From Thraustochytrium aureum (taxonomy: Eukaryota): a stretch of 64,000 nucleotides of DNA. The notes below the pieces were generated by a model. That model saw only the letters and a list, made by a program, of their open reading frames with translations. It searched no databases and was not told where the DNA came from. The DNA is taken from the NCBI GenBank assembly GCA_012862495.1, contig BLSG01000153.1, positions 1 to 64,000 of the forward strand, written 5' to 3'. Below, in pieces: positions 10,310-21,846 of the stretch; position 1 is the stretch's first letter; each line of letters starts with the position of its first letter. Made by a program: the position numbers and the translations under genes.

Positions 10310-12318
10310 ATGGGAAACCGGCAAGCCAAGCGGGACACCGCGGCGCGGAAAGCTGCCGCGCAGAGCGAGCAAAAGCGAAAGCAGCAGCAAGAGCCGGCCA
10401 AGCGCCCGATGGATCCAGAGCAAGGGCAGCAAGGGTCGGGCGAGGCGCTTGGCGTGAGGCGCTGGTCGGTGCTCGAAAAGGGCGACGAAGACGGGCGGCA
10501 AGTTCAGGACGACTACAAACTGGGCAAGAAGCTCGGTGAAGGGTCGTACGGCAAGGTGCGCGAAGGCGTGCATCGGTCACGGGCCAGCGTGTAGCGATTA
10601 AGAGCGTGCTGAAAAAGAACATGCGCCGCCTCCACACCCTCCGGCGCGAGATCGCGATCATGAAGAACATCGACCACCCCAACATCATCAAGATGTTCGA
10701 TGTGTACGAGGACTCGGGGTTTCTGTATATAGTGATGGAGATGTGCAGCGGGGGCGAGCTCTTCGACCGCATCATCAAGGCGGGCTTCTACACCGAGAGC
10801 GACGCGGTCGACCTGGTGCGACAAATCTTAGAGGCGGTCGCGTACCTGCACTCGCGCCAAATCGCGCACCGCGACCTCAAGCCAGAGAACTTTTTGTTCC
10901 AGTCAGAGGAACCCAACTCGCCGCTCAAGCTGATCGACTTTGGCCTTTCGCGCTTCTACAAGGACGTCGTCTGGATGAAGACCCGTGTCGGGACGCCGTA
11001 CTACATCGCCCCCGAGGTCTTGTCAAAACAGTACGATAAGGCTTGCGACATTTGGAGCGTCGGTGTCATCATGTATATTCTCCTCTGCGGCTATCCGCCT
11101 TTTTATGGCGACTCGGAGCGCCAAATCTACACAATGATTCGGAAGGGCGCCTACGACTTTCCCCCCTCCGAGTGGTCGACGGTGTCTCCCCAAGCCAAAG
11201 ACCTCATCAACTTGATGCTCGACGTCAATCCTCGCACGCGCGTCGACGCGGACGCGGCCCTGCGCCACGCCTGGTTCGCAAACATGAGGGGGTCGCAGCG
11301 CACTTTGCTTTCGTCCTTGCCCATCCCGGTTGCAAATCCAGGCGATGGTTCCACTAGTCCCGACCAGGCAGGGCTGCGGCCGTCGTCTCCTAGGCCTGCG
11401 GACACGGTGGCTGCCGCGGCGGCCACTGGCTCTGAGCAGCAACAGCAAAATGCGGCCGAGGGCAGCACCAGCTCACGAGCCGCCAACCCCGGCCCGATCT
11501 CTGCCACTGCAACTTCGCCCCAGCCGACCGCGCAGCCGACCGTGCAACCAAACGAGCAGCCAACCGCGCAACCCTGCGCAGCTCCCGCAGCGGCGCCGAC
11601 GGACGACCGTGCGCAGCACGACTCGTTCGCGTCTTTGGATGCTGTGCCGTCTGATACAGAGTGGCACAACGTCGTCGACCACTCAACTCATGTGCTCGCC
11701 AACCAGGCGAGCGCGGCGGACTCGTCCGCAGACCAGAGCGGCGAAGGAGCAACCGACGCCGACGATACTGCACAATTTGATCGCGATTTAGGGACGGGGT
11801 TGCTAGGCAAGGCTGTGATCCAGCGGCTGCGCAAGTTCGCAATGTGCAACAAGCTCAAGCGCGCGGCGCTGGGTGTCATTGTGCGATACTTGAACCGGGA
11901 GGAGATCAACTCGCTTCGCGACGAGTTTGCGTTGCTGGACACCGACGGCAATGGGATGATAACTGTCAACGAGCTCGCGCAGGCGATGAGGCGCGCCGGC
12001 CTGGCGCCCTCTGCCTCAGAGGTGGAGCGCCTCGTTTCCGTACTTGACGAAGATGACAACGGCAAGATCGACTATGCAGAGTTTTTGGCTGCTTCCATCG
12101 ACCGGCAGGGATACATGCGGGATGAACTGCTCGAGACGGCCTTCCACTACTTTGACACCGATGGGAGTGGATCGATCAGCGCAGAGGACCTCCTGGCGCG
12201 GCTCGGCTCGGAGGACGCAAGTATTGCTGACTCGATCCTTGCGGTCTGCGACATCGACAAGAACGGCACGATTGATTTTGAGGAGTTTAAGGCCATGATG
12301 CGCACGTCAGAGCATTGA
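10310..12318 (+). CDS. Calcium-dependent protein kinase (CDPK), frameshift near 10575
   Basis: N-terminal MGN (possible myristoylation), GEGSYGKV, HRDLKPEN, DFG and APE motifs, a junction region (NKLKRAAL) and four EF-hands (DTDGNG, DEDDNG, DTDGSG, DIDKNG). Confidence 0.93.
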
Positions 12319-12555
12319 CTCAACGCTCGCGCAACGCGTTGCGAATTCATGGCGCAGTTTTTGTGGGCTACTGCTGCTCGACGTTTTGTGGGGAGGCCTG
12401 CGCGGATCTAGCTGAATCTGCGGCAGCTCGGCTGTGTTGCCTCCTTGCTTCGCTCCTCGATCGGCGGGCCAAGGGTGTTGCAGTCTCACAGCAGTTTTTC
12501 TTACTCTAGCTAGCTAAAGCGAGCCTTCGCAGAGGACTCGCCAGTCATACGATAC

Positions 12556-13298
12556 TCAGCCGATCATCTCGCGCTTGCGCCCGCGCTGCTGCACCTGCTT
12601 GAGCTTGTCAAGCACCTTGGGCCGCTCCTTGGCAGTCAGGCCGGCAGCGTATGCGGCCAGGACGCGCTCGAAAAGCGCCTCCGAACCTGGGTGCGTGCTG
12701 CTGAACGCGCGCTCTAGCACGTACATATCGACCGCCTTGTCCTCGACGTTTGCATTCGGTTTCGAGAGGCCAAAGTCGATCAGCACAAGCGCGCCGTCCG
12801 ACTCGCGCGTCATCGCGTTCGAGGTCGTCAGGTCACCGTGAACGAGGCCAGCATTGTGCAGCTTGGCGACCTCGGCGCCAAGCTTGGCCGCGATCTCCAG
12901 CTTGGCCTCCTCGCCCGCCACGTCGTCGGCGAAGACCTCGCGCAAGCACCGTCCCCGCACAAACTCCATCAGTATCGTGTTGGACTTGGCATCCACATGG
13001 AAAATCGTGGGCGTCAAGACGCCAGCGCGAGTCGCCCGCGCGCACGTCCGAACCTCTTGCGAGAGCCGCGACTTGGTCAGTCTCGCCTCCAGCTCTGGGT
13101 GCCGATACGCTTTCGGGAAGCGCTCTTTGAGCAAGGCCTCCTCGCCCATAAACTCGACCTTGAACAGCCGCTGTTGCGCGTCAAACTCGTTGGTGGCCAG
13201 CGTGAGCGGACCCCGACCCCGTCGTCAAACGGCCACAAACCCTCCGCCAAACTCACCGCCTCGGCGCCCTGGTACACCAGCTCCTTGACGGTCCCCAT
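12556..13298 (-). CDS. BUD32: EKC/KEOPS kinase Bud32/PRPK, two exons (13298-13257, 13170-12556)
   Basis: Exon 1 MGTVKELVYQGAEA splices in frame to RLFKVEF...KERFPKAYRHPEL. Also HGDLTTSN, IDFGLS, EDKAVDMYVLERAF and terminal RGRKREMIG. Confidence 0.93.
13171..13256 (-). other. Spliceosomal intron in BUD32 (86 nt)
   Basis: GTGAGT donor, TTGAC branch-like site and CAG acceptor. Phase 0 splicing restores the conserved QGAEA-R motif. Confidence 0.85.
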
Positions 13299-14059
13299 CG
13301 TCCTCTGCTCCACCCGACGCGTGGCTGTCGCGTTGATGACATCCGAGTCTGCGATGGAAAACCCGAACGATGTGGCAGAAAGCAAGCTCTTCTCCTCGCG
13401 TAACGCGTGCCCCCCAATACGACACCAATCCACGCCGCCCCAGCGAGCCATCAACGCAGCCCCCTCTCTCGTCACGCTGCGACGGGGCCTCGTGCATTCG
13501 CCACCCGTCACAGCAAACCCTCGCTGCCGACCTCTCTCCCCCAACCAACGTCACAACAGAACCTCGCGTGACGTAGCGCGGCGCAGCCTCACTTTCGTCA
13601 CGAGGACCCCCTACACGACGGATCCTCTCGTGGCGCGCTCGTCGCGTGGGACAGGGCGCGAGCAGTCGCAAGAAACCGTCAGGCGGAGCGGGCGTGCAAC
13701 CAGGCGCGGGCATTAGCGCAGGCGCAGGCGTCGGCGCAGGCGTTGGCGCAAGCGTTGCTGGCGCGGGAGGCACCCGTTCTGCTCAAGTCCTCCCACGCGG
13801 TCGCCAGAACGCCGTGCGGGACGCAGGCGGTCAGTTCGCNNNNNNNNNNNNNNNNNNNNNNNNNNNNNNNNNNNNNNNNNNNNNNNNNNNNNNNNNNNNN
13901 NNNNNNNNNNNNNNNNNNNNNNNNNNNNNNNNNNNNNNNNNNNNNNNNNNNNNNNNNNNNNNNNNNNNNNNNNNNNNNNNNNNNNNNNNNNNNNNNNNNN
14001 NNNNNNNNNNNNNNNNNNNNNNNNNNNNNNNNNNNNNNNNNNNNNNNNNNNNNNNNNNN

Positions 14060-15776
14060 GGAGCAGTTTGGGTCGCTCAAGCCTGGACAGTTCAAAGCGG
14101 AGCTCGCAAGGTATGAGAGCGAGCAGGCCGCCGCCGCGCTGGCCGAGCACGATGCGGAAAGCGTGCTGGAGGGCGAGGCGCAGGACGACAAGCCAGCCTT
14201 GCTACCCGCGACCTCCGCAGCAGACTCAGAGGCCCGCAGCCCTGAAGCAGAGGCGACGGGCAGCCGCCCTCCTGGGGATCAGCATCAAGATCGGCCCAGT
14301 ACCAGCGACGTCGAGGGGCCCGAATCCTCGCAGGAGCAAGTTGAGCAGCGCCCGATCCAAAGCCCCGGCGCGGAGCAGGGCCTAGCGCGCGGTGGCGATG
14401 ACAACGACGACGACGTCGGGGACCAAGCGCCGGAGCAAATCGCGCTGCCGCATAGTGGCTCCTTGGCAGAACCCGAGGCCTCTGTCGGCTCGAGCGAAAC
14501 CGCTGCCCTTGAAGACGCCTCAACTGCCGAAATTGTCGCCGCCCAGGTAGAAGCGTTGCTTGACCGCGTCGAGCAGGCCTGTGCGTCAACCTCGGGCTCG
14601 AGCGAGAGCCCCGACGCGACCCCGTCCCCAGCGGCCGGGTATGCGCCCCAACCAGCCTCGGTGCGAGTGCCGAGCCACATTAGTCCACACGTTCAGCGGA
14701 CCCAGACTGAGCCGCTCATCAGTTGCGAGTTCAACCCGGACGGAAGAGTGGCGTTCGGTACGAGGGCGCACGTGGTCCCGACGCCTGTTGGTGGTTCTAG
14801 CCCTGCACTCAGCTGGACCAAGAGCCTGGACCGCCGCGGTATTGGGCTCGACGGCGACGTCTCGTCGGGCGCCGCGCGGCCCTCGAGGCTGGGCTCAGAC
14901 GGCGACCGGCCAAGGAGCCGGCTGAGGCTATCCTTAACGAGAGAAGACGGGAAGCAGCCCTGTCCCTCGCCAAGATTTGAGCGTATTCACGAAAATGCCA
15001 AGTCGCGCGAGAGCCTGGTCAATTTGATGGAAACCCTTGTTTGCGTTCTTGGCGACGCGCGCACTGCCTCGGTGGCAAGCTCGGTCGCCGCACGCGAAAC
15101 GGAGAAAGCCGCCAAGCAATTCTCTGGCGCCTTACTTTCGGACCGTGAGCATTTGCGCGAGCTGCGCAGCACGTGCGCGGCGCGCGCGGCCAGGGCCGCC
15201 AAGGCATTGGAAATCGCCACAAGCGGCCAACAAAAGGCAGCCGACGGTGCGCCAGGCGCGCTCGGAGAGTCGACCGATCCCTCGGACCGCGAGCGCGCCT
15301 CCCTTCATGCAGAGAACGGCCGTCTTCGCATGGACATTCTGGCCCTCGCCAGTAGCGTTCGTCAGCTTGAGGAGTCCGTCGGAGCCTCCAGCGCAAGGAT
15401 GCGCGAACTAGAGGCACAGCTCGACGCTGAGCGCGAGCGCGCTGGCGAAGCGGAGCGCGCGCGAGATGATGCCGTGCAGGAAGCTGCCGCGCTGCGCTCG
15501 CAGATGAGTCGCCAGCTCGATGAAGAGCGTTCTGCAACGACCGAGGCCAAGACCTCAGAGCGGCGTTCCTCCAGGTCCCCACGAACCATCGCCGCGCGCG
15601 GAGGTAGAGCGCGGGCCGGCAGCGACCGGTCCATTGGCACTGGCCGCGCAGAGCCGAAATCAGGTGGCCTCGTCGCGGGCAGCATATCCTTGGTACACTC
15701 GATATTTGGTTTCTTTTGGCGCGGCCCCGCTTCTGCAGCTGGGGACGACCCTGCGCCGAGCGACCGCAACAGATGA
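14060..15776 (+). CDS. Hypothetical low-complexity/coiled-coil protein; 5' end uncertain (gap)
   Basis: Long open frame with an acidic/Pro-Ser-rich region and a heptad-like stretch (ENGRLRMDILALASSVRQLEE...LEAQLDAERER). Confidence 0.55.
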
Positions 15777-16617
15777 GAGCAGCACGCGAGGTGCTGTGCC
15801 GGATGTCAGTGATAGCTTCAAGCGTGCATCGACGTCAACAATTGAACATGGGCGGCCCAGGGCTTGGGCGGTGGGCGAGTTGTTTTTCTTTTTTTCTCAA
15901 GTCGGCAACTCTAGTAGCTAGCTAGTAGAGAGAGTTGACAGTGGTGCAGTGGTAGGCCGAGTGGTTTCCACACGCAAGGGTCCCACCAACTTGCGAGGCC
16001 ATGAGCTGCCTAGCGTGAGCCGTTCGTCTGCGCCGGCATACCCTTCTTGAACCGCCGCCGCGACGGCCACAAAAAAAATGGGAGGGTTGCTTGCACTGTC
16101 GCCCCGAAGGCCGACGATCCTCGTTGCCCAGAGCCTCGTCTCCTCAGGGTCCCAAAGCCGCAGGTTTCTGCTGCAGCATGGAGAATCGCAGTCCGTTCAA
16201 AACTATGGAAGCGATGTTCGAATGATTTCCCTGAACGACACAACCCAGCTCGCCGTCCCGGCTTCTGTTTGGGCTTGTGGGGTGTTCGGGCCACTTCCTT
16301 CAGCATGTGTGGCGTCTGTCGCGCGCATTTTCAAGTTTTTCTTTCGTTCAAGGCTGCTGTGTGCTTTCCTTTTCGCTCCGATTCCTCAATGTCGTGCGCG
16401 TGGCTCGCCACGTAGTGGGCACGTTGGCGCCATTCTACTTCATGCCAGGGACGACTCGGAGCGTCGCACTGCTGAACTTGACGAGGCGAGACTCGCCTGT
16501 GGGGGGGGGAGGGGTCGATCCGAATTGGCACATCATACGCACGGACAACTCAATCAACTACTAATCGTTGGAACAAATGGTGCCAGCAACACCGCAGCAA
16601 CTGGGGTCCTGGATCCT

Positions 16618-16822
16618 GGCCACACGCGCGGTTCGATGAACATGGAGCCAGGAGTTTTTTACTCGCCAGGCCAAACGCGACTTTCGATGAACATCAAGCA
16701 AGGAACGTATCACTCGCCCTCGCCTGGCCAAACGCGACTTTCGATGAACATCAAGCAAGGAACGTATCACTCGCCAAGCCACACGCGCGGTTCGGTGAAC
16801 ATGAAGCCAGGAATTTGTTACT
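16618..16822. repeat. Four-unit tandem repeat (51/57/51 bp spacing)
   Basis: Units start at 16618, 16669, 16726 and 16777, with core ACGCG..TTCG[AG]TGAACAT..AGC.AGGA......ACTC. Confidence 0.9.
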
Positions 16823-16846
16823 CTTCGAGCGTAACGAAACAAAACA

Positions 16847-17920
16847 TCAGTAGCCCATGAGCCAGAACGAGGCAGTAGACAGCATACCGTTCATTTTGTT
16901 GATGAGGCGTGAGCTCTTCGCGTTCCGGGCCTCTTCATCGCGCCGCTGCTGCTCGAGCCGCGCTTCAAGGCTGCTATAGCCCTGACGGGTGAGACGAGCC
17001 GCAGCCTCATCCTCCTCCTCGTCTTCGTACTCGTCCTCGTCGAGGTAGTCTGGGTATTCGCCGTCCTCCTCGCCGAGCGCGAACTCGTTGTCGGCGTCCG
17101 CAGCGCCGCGCCGGGTCGCGCCAGGAACAACAATTTTGGCTGCTAGGCCCTCTGCGGCTAGCTCGCTGACTAGCTCGCGCTCCAACTCGTCGCCTTCGAC
17201 TCTGGTGCCGATGAGGACGTGGCCGCGATCTGGATTGACCGTCACTGAAATGACGCCGTCGATCTGGATGACAAGCGACTCGACAGCCTCACGAATGCTG
17301 GCCTGCTCGACCCCTGCAACGGCAAGCGCCACGGTGCGAAACTCGCCGCGCTTGGCGCGGCTCGCTTTCGGCTTGGCCGGCCCTTGCATGCTGTAGCCAA
17401 CGTTCGCATTTGCGGGCGCGTTTTCCGCGTCGTTCTCCTCGTCGTGGTACACCTCGTCGTCATCTTGCTCGTTCTCATCGTCCTTGAGGCACACTGAGAG
17501 GTTGCCGAGCGCGCCGCGAACAAAGTCCTTGATTTTCGGATGCTCTTTGGCCCGGGGCAGCGCGGCCGTCTTCAAATGTGATGTGATGCGTTAATGTACG
17601 AGTCGCCGAAGGCAGCGGGCAGAACATGCAGCGGCGCAAAAGCAGAGCAAAGCAACTGCGCGAGGGCTTACCAGGTTGCTGACGAGGCAGGGAAACTCGC
17701 GCATGCGGTCCTTGTTGCTTGGGTGGCTCGAGAGAAACTCGAGCGCGCGGGTGGCGATCAAGACCACCTCGATATCGTCGTGCTGCGTGTATTGAACGAG
17801 GCCGGCCAAGCAGCCCTGCTCCTGAACGATGAAAGGTTGGTTGTCCGGGTCCTTGGAGAGCGTCAAGAGCTGCTTGGCGATCGCCCTGCTGTTCGGAACA
17901 TCGATGCCGCAAGTGTCCAT
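16847..17920 (-). CDS. ARMC1: Armadillo repeat-containing protein 1 (ARM plus HMA-like domain), two exons (17920-17672, 17569-16847)
   Basis: L..LSKDPDNQPFIVQEQGCLAGLV and the ...IDGVISVT... HMA-like segment resemble ARMC1. The GT..AG intron keeps frame. Confidence 0.8.
17570..17671 (-). other. Spliceosomal intron in ARMC1 (102 nt)
   Basis: GTAAG donor, TTAAC branch-like site and AAG acceptor, phase 0. Confidence 0.7.
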
Positions 17921-18752
17921 GGTGGCTAGAGATAGAGCGGTCCTTTGTCGGCTTGGCTGGGCTCTCCGCGTCGCGCGCGGCTTGGTGCTCTTGGTTGGCG
18001 TACGAAGCGACCTCGCGTGCGCTGTTGCGGGCTTGCTCGGTTGCCCTGCGCGTTCGCTCAGGGAGCAGGGTTTTGGAAGAGAGATACGAGTTTGATTGAA
18101 TCGACCGACCCCTGTCGCGTTAGTTGCAAGTCCTCAGTGCGCGCGGCTGTGCTCGTTCGAAAGCTGCTCTGTGAGTGGGAGCCACGTCATATGATACCTA
18201 TACCTACCACCTTGCCTCAGACGCAGTCACCAGGCCCTCGTCGACCGGCCCAGCATCCGTCATGTCACGCATTGATCAGGCTGGCCTTTCTTGGCGCTGC
18301 GACCCGGTTGGGGCTGCGAACCGGTCCGAGGGCCAATTCGTCGCACAATTCTTCAAAGAAATTAGCGAGATGGCGCTTCATGAGAGAAAAGCGAGTGCCT
18401 GCCGGAGGCGATCCAGCGTCTTTTCAACGTCGTGCGGCCGCCTGGACGTTGCGAGTCTGGCGTCGGGCTGGAGGAATTTTCAAGCTACCAGCCTGCTCGC
18501 GAAGCCAGCGAGGCATGGCCATGGCCAGACGGGGGAATAGGGCTCCCCTCCCAGGACGACGACGCGGCGCGCGTGTCAACGCGCTTCAGGCCAGGCCTGC
18601 CTGCCCGGCGGGTTGCCTGTTGCCTGTTTTACTCTCGGTAGCTTAATGGAACTTACGAACAGGACGAACGTCCGTCCCAAAGTGTGCCTGTTCTGCATGG
18701 CGGGCAGACACTCTGCACGGTCCTGACATCGAGGCACTCTGGCAGGAGCGAG

Positions 18753-20040
18753 ATGGCCTCGGCGCCTGCTGCAGGGCGCTTCGCGCGCGCCCTTCGCGCC
18801 TCAAAGTCTGCTTGGTGAGTGTGTGTTTGCTGCCTGCCAGAGCCCGCGCGCGCGACTCTGCTCGGCTTTTCGCTTGGTCGTCCGGAGACTGACTGACTGA
18901 CTCTGCACGCTCGCGCTCGCGCGCGTCCGCGGCTGATGCGTTAGCGACCTGCTCGCGGGCGTGGTACAGGCACTGTACTCGTCCGCTGACGAGCTCGTGG
19001 AGCTCAAGGCGGACGACAGCGCGTTCACGATCGCAGACGGGCTCGTCCAGCACTTTCTGGCCAACCACCTGTTCCTCGGCGGGCAACACTTTGCGGCGAT
19101 CGTCGGCGAGGAAGACACGACAACGGTGAATCTGAGCGTGCGCCCCTACACGGTAGGCTCGCTGGCAGTCCCCGAGGAGCTGCAAGATCGAATCGACGCA
19201 ACTCGAAAAGGAATCGACGCGCTCGCTGCAGAGCTCGCCCCAGCCCAAGGTGCGTCGAGCGCGTTTGCGGACTGCACAATCTTTATCGACCCTATCGACG
19301 GCACGCGCGAGTTCTCCACAAAGCAAGGCTCGCAGTGCACGATCCTCGTTGGCTTCGCGGTGGGCGAGCGACCTGTCGCTGGGCTCGTGTACCGACCTGT
19401 GGCGGCGACCCCCTCTTGGGCCTCAGGGTGCAAAGCTGAAGGGCTCGCGGAGGGCCAGCTTGACCTAGAGGGCACTCTGCCGACCACGAGCTCGCCGCCA
19501 AACCCGCTCGGGCTCCTCACTAGCAACGGAGCGATCTCGTCTTTCTCCGAGGCGTTTCTGGAAGAGCTCGCCGCCGACGCGCCTCCCGAGCTCCGCGGCA
19601 CGCTGCGGGTCCGCGCTGGCGGCGTGGGAAACAAGTTGCTCAGCATGGTAGAGGGCAAGGGAGAGTGCTACATCCAGGATCGCGGCGTGTCCCGCTGGGA
19701 CACGTGCGCGGCGCAGGCCGTGATCGAGGCGCGCGGTGGGGTGCTTGCCAAGCTCGCCCCATTCATTGCCAACAAGTCTATCGAGTCTTACCGGTACGCC
19801 AAGACGGCGCGCAATCTCGACTTTGATGAGAGAATCCCCGTGCAGATCACTAAGCACAACTGCGCTTCTGAAGGCGCAGCTGCCGTCGTAGGAGCATTTG
19901 CGGCGGGGCCGCTTGACCTTAAGCCATACGCCAATGTCCATGGTCTGCTGGCGCTCGACGCCAAGGCTGTGTTGCAAGTGGATCGTTATTTTGCTATCTG
20001 TGCGCGAGCTGCTGCAAAGGCGCCTCCGACGTATTCGTGA
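18753..20040 (+). CDS. Inositol monophosphatase-family phosphatase (BPNT/CysQ-like), two exons (18753-18814, 18945-20040)
   Basis: K.D.S.FTIADGLVQ, VGEE, FIDPIDGTREF and SRWDTCAAQAVI motifs. Confidence 0.88.
18815..18944 (+). other. Spliceosomal intron (130 nt)
   Basis: GTGAGT donor, CTGAT branch-like site and TAG acceptor. Phase 2 splicing joins the ATG at 18753 to the long ORF. Confidence 0.75.
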
Positions 20041-20370
20041 CCCTCGTCCTACTCTAGAGCTAGCTAGTTAGCTCCCTGGAGAGTGGCTGGCACGAGCTAG
20101 TTTCTGAAATCGTGTTGGAAGAATACTCTGGTCCAAGCAGGCCCTAGAGATTATGCTGCGCCTTGCCCTGCCCGTGCAGGCCAGGATGACCGTGCCGGCG
20201 GGATTCGCCAAACGGGACCCCAACCAAAGAATACGGTCTTCCCAACTTGATGGTCGAGACTCTGCTTTGGGCGTTGTTGGTTTGGTTCCTTGTAAGGAGG
20301 TTGCGCGGGCCAGCTAGGTGATCCTCGACCTTTTCCCCATCGGAATCTGATCGGATGTGCATCGTCGTCA

Positions 20371-20467
20371 AGCGCAACGTCGTCTCTCCACAGAGCGCAA
20401 CGTCGTTTCTCTCAAGAGAGCGCAACGTCGTCTCCACGAGAGCGCAACGTCCTCAAGCGCATCGTCG
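20371..20467. repeat. Short degenerate minisatellite, core AGCGCAACGTCGT x5
   Basis: Copies at 20371, 20394, 20419, 20441 and 20456. Confidence 0.85.
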
Positions 20468-20835
20468 CGAAACGTCAAGTGCAACCGCTGCGGGTTTTCC
20501 GTGGGGATCGTCGCGGCCTCTTCGGCACGCCATGCCGGCCGCGTTCATCTCCATTTGCTGACGGTCTTGTTTCTTGCTGTCGCCAGAGCTTCAATTTGGG
20601 TTTATCGAGTTAGCAAGCGCCTCTTGGCAGGCTTTCTGCACACCGTTTCCCAATCGCATTTCGCTGCGCTGGGCCGCGACATTGCAACAGGGCGATGCTG
20701 GGTCTCGATTGACCTGTGAAGGCCATTTTCGTTTTCGGTTCCGATACAGGTTGTGCATTTCTTGGTGCGATTGGCGCGATGTCGTGTCCCGCAACGCACG
20801 ATCATCCGTGGCACTCGCCCTCTGGGCCAAAGGGT

Positions 20836-21453
20836 CTAGTCGCCACGTATCCTTCTCGCGAGCTGGATGTCGCGCACCATGAGCGTGACGCGCTGCGCGT
20901 GGAGTGCGCACAAATAGGCGTCGCCGAGGACAGCCACCAGGTGCGCCTCCGTGGCCTCCTGAAGCGCGAGCAAGGCCTCGGCCTGCCACTTGAAGTCCTT
21001 CACTCCAGTGTACCGCTGGGTCTCCTCGCGCACGACTCGAGCAAAGGGAAGGCGGCCAACCAGGAGACCGGTCGACTTTTGGTACTTGCGAATCTCCGCA
21101 AGGGACCTCTCGCCTGGCCGGAGGCGCAAGGCGTTCTTGAAGGGTGTCGAGGCCTCCGTGCCCGGCGTGCTGGAGATGCCGCTCGGCTTGCTCAGGAGCG
21201 ACTCGGCGCCAGGCGTCGCAAGCTGCAGCCTGTGCGACCCGGGCACCCGCTGCGGCGACAAGTGCCGTGGGCTCGTTTGCTTGCGGCGCTTCCTCGCGCT
21301 GCCCGGCTCGGACACGAGCGGCGAGGCCACGGCGCCGCTCGCCAGCACGCCAAAGCGCGGCACGCGCTCCGTCCCGTCGCGCCGCCGCTTGCTGGCGAAC
21401 TCGTCCGGCGAATCGTACCCGCTGCGACTCGCGATGAACTTGCGAGTCGACAT
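20836..21453 (-). CDS. CENH3: Centromeric histone H3 variant (CenH3/CENP-A)
   Basis: H3 fold RPGERSLAEIRKYQKST...LPFARVVRE...KWQAEALLALQEA...HAQRVTLMVRDIQLARRIRG. The tail is long and divergent, loop 1 is extended, and W replaces canonical F84, all typical of CenH3. Confidence 0.9.
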   Translation of the reverse strand: MSTRKFIASRSGYDSPDEFASKRRRDGTERVPRFGVLASGAVASPLVSEPGSARKRRKQTSPRHLSPQRVPGSHRLQLATPGAESLLSKPSGISSTPGTEASTPFKNALRLRPGERSLAEIRKYQKSTGLLVGRLPFARVVREETQRYTGVKDFKWQAEALLALQEATEAHLVAVLGDAYLCALHAQRVTLMVRDIQLARRIRGD

Positions 21454-21846
21454 GCTCGCCGCGCCGCCGCCTCGGGAAGCAACCAATCGGGAGCTCGTTC
21501 GCGTAGAGAGTCCACGTCGCCTGGGGGCCTGCCTGCTCGACGCCCTCAGCGCGCCGTTCGCGAGCAGAGCACAAGGAGCCAGCTGCCTTGAGTAATTGTA
21601 CGCTGCGCCACGCGGCAACTGGCACGGCAAGAAGCGAAACTCTACGAAAATATTGCGTTGTGAAACCCAAGGATACGGGGTGGAACAGCCGATGAATGTT
21701 TCAAATACTGGCCCGCCGATGCACCGTGGCTCGAATCAGCCGCCGCCAGCCGAGGCGGTCTGGCCTGTCTGCAGTGCCGTAGCAAGACGCTGCGCGCGCC
21801 GCGGCTGAGGTCACGCTATTATCGAGTACTGGTCGGAGGCGCTGGT

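Noticed and set aside
16618..16822. tRNA/SINE or CRISPR interpretation (GGTTCGA B-box-like)
   Set aside because: No cloverleaf, A-box or unique spacers. Whole units are repeated.
20371..20467. CRISPR-like repeat-spacer array
   Set aside because: Repeats are 13 bp with spacers of at most 12 bp that resemble each other, there are no cas genes, and the context is eukaryotic.
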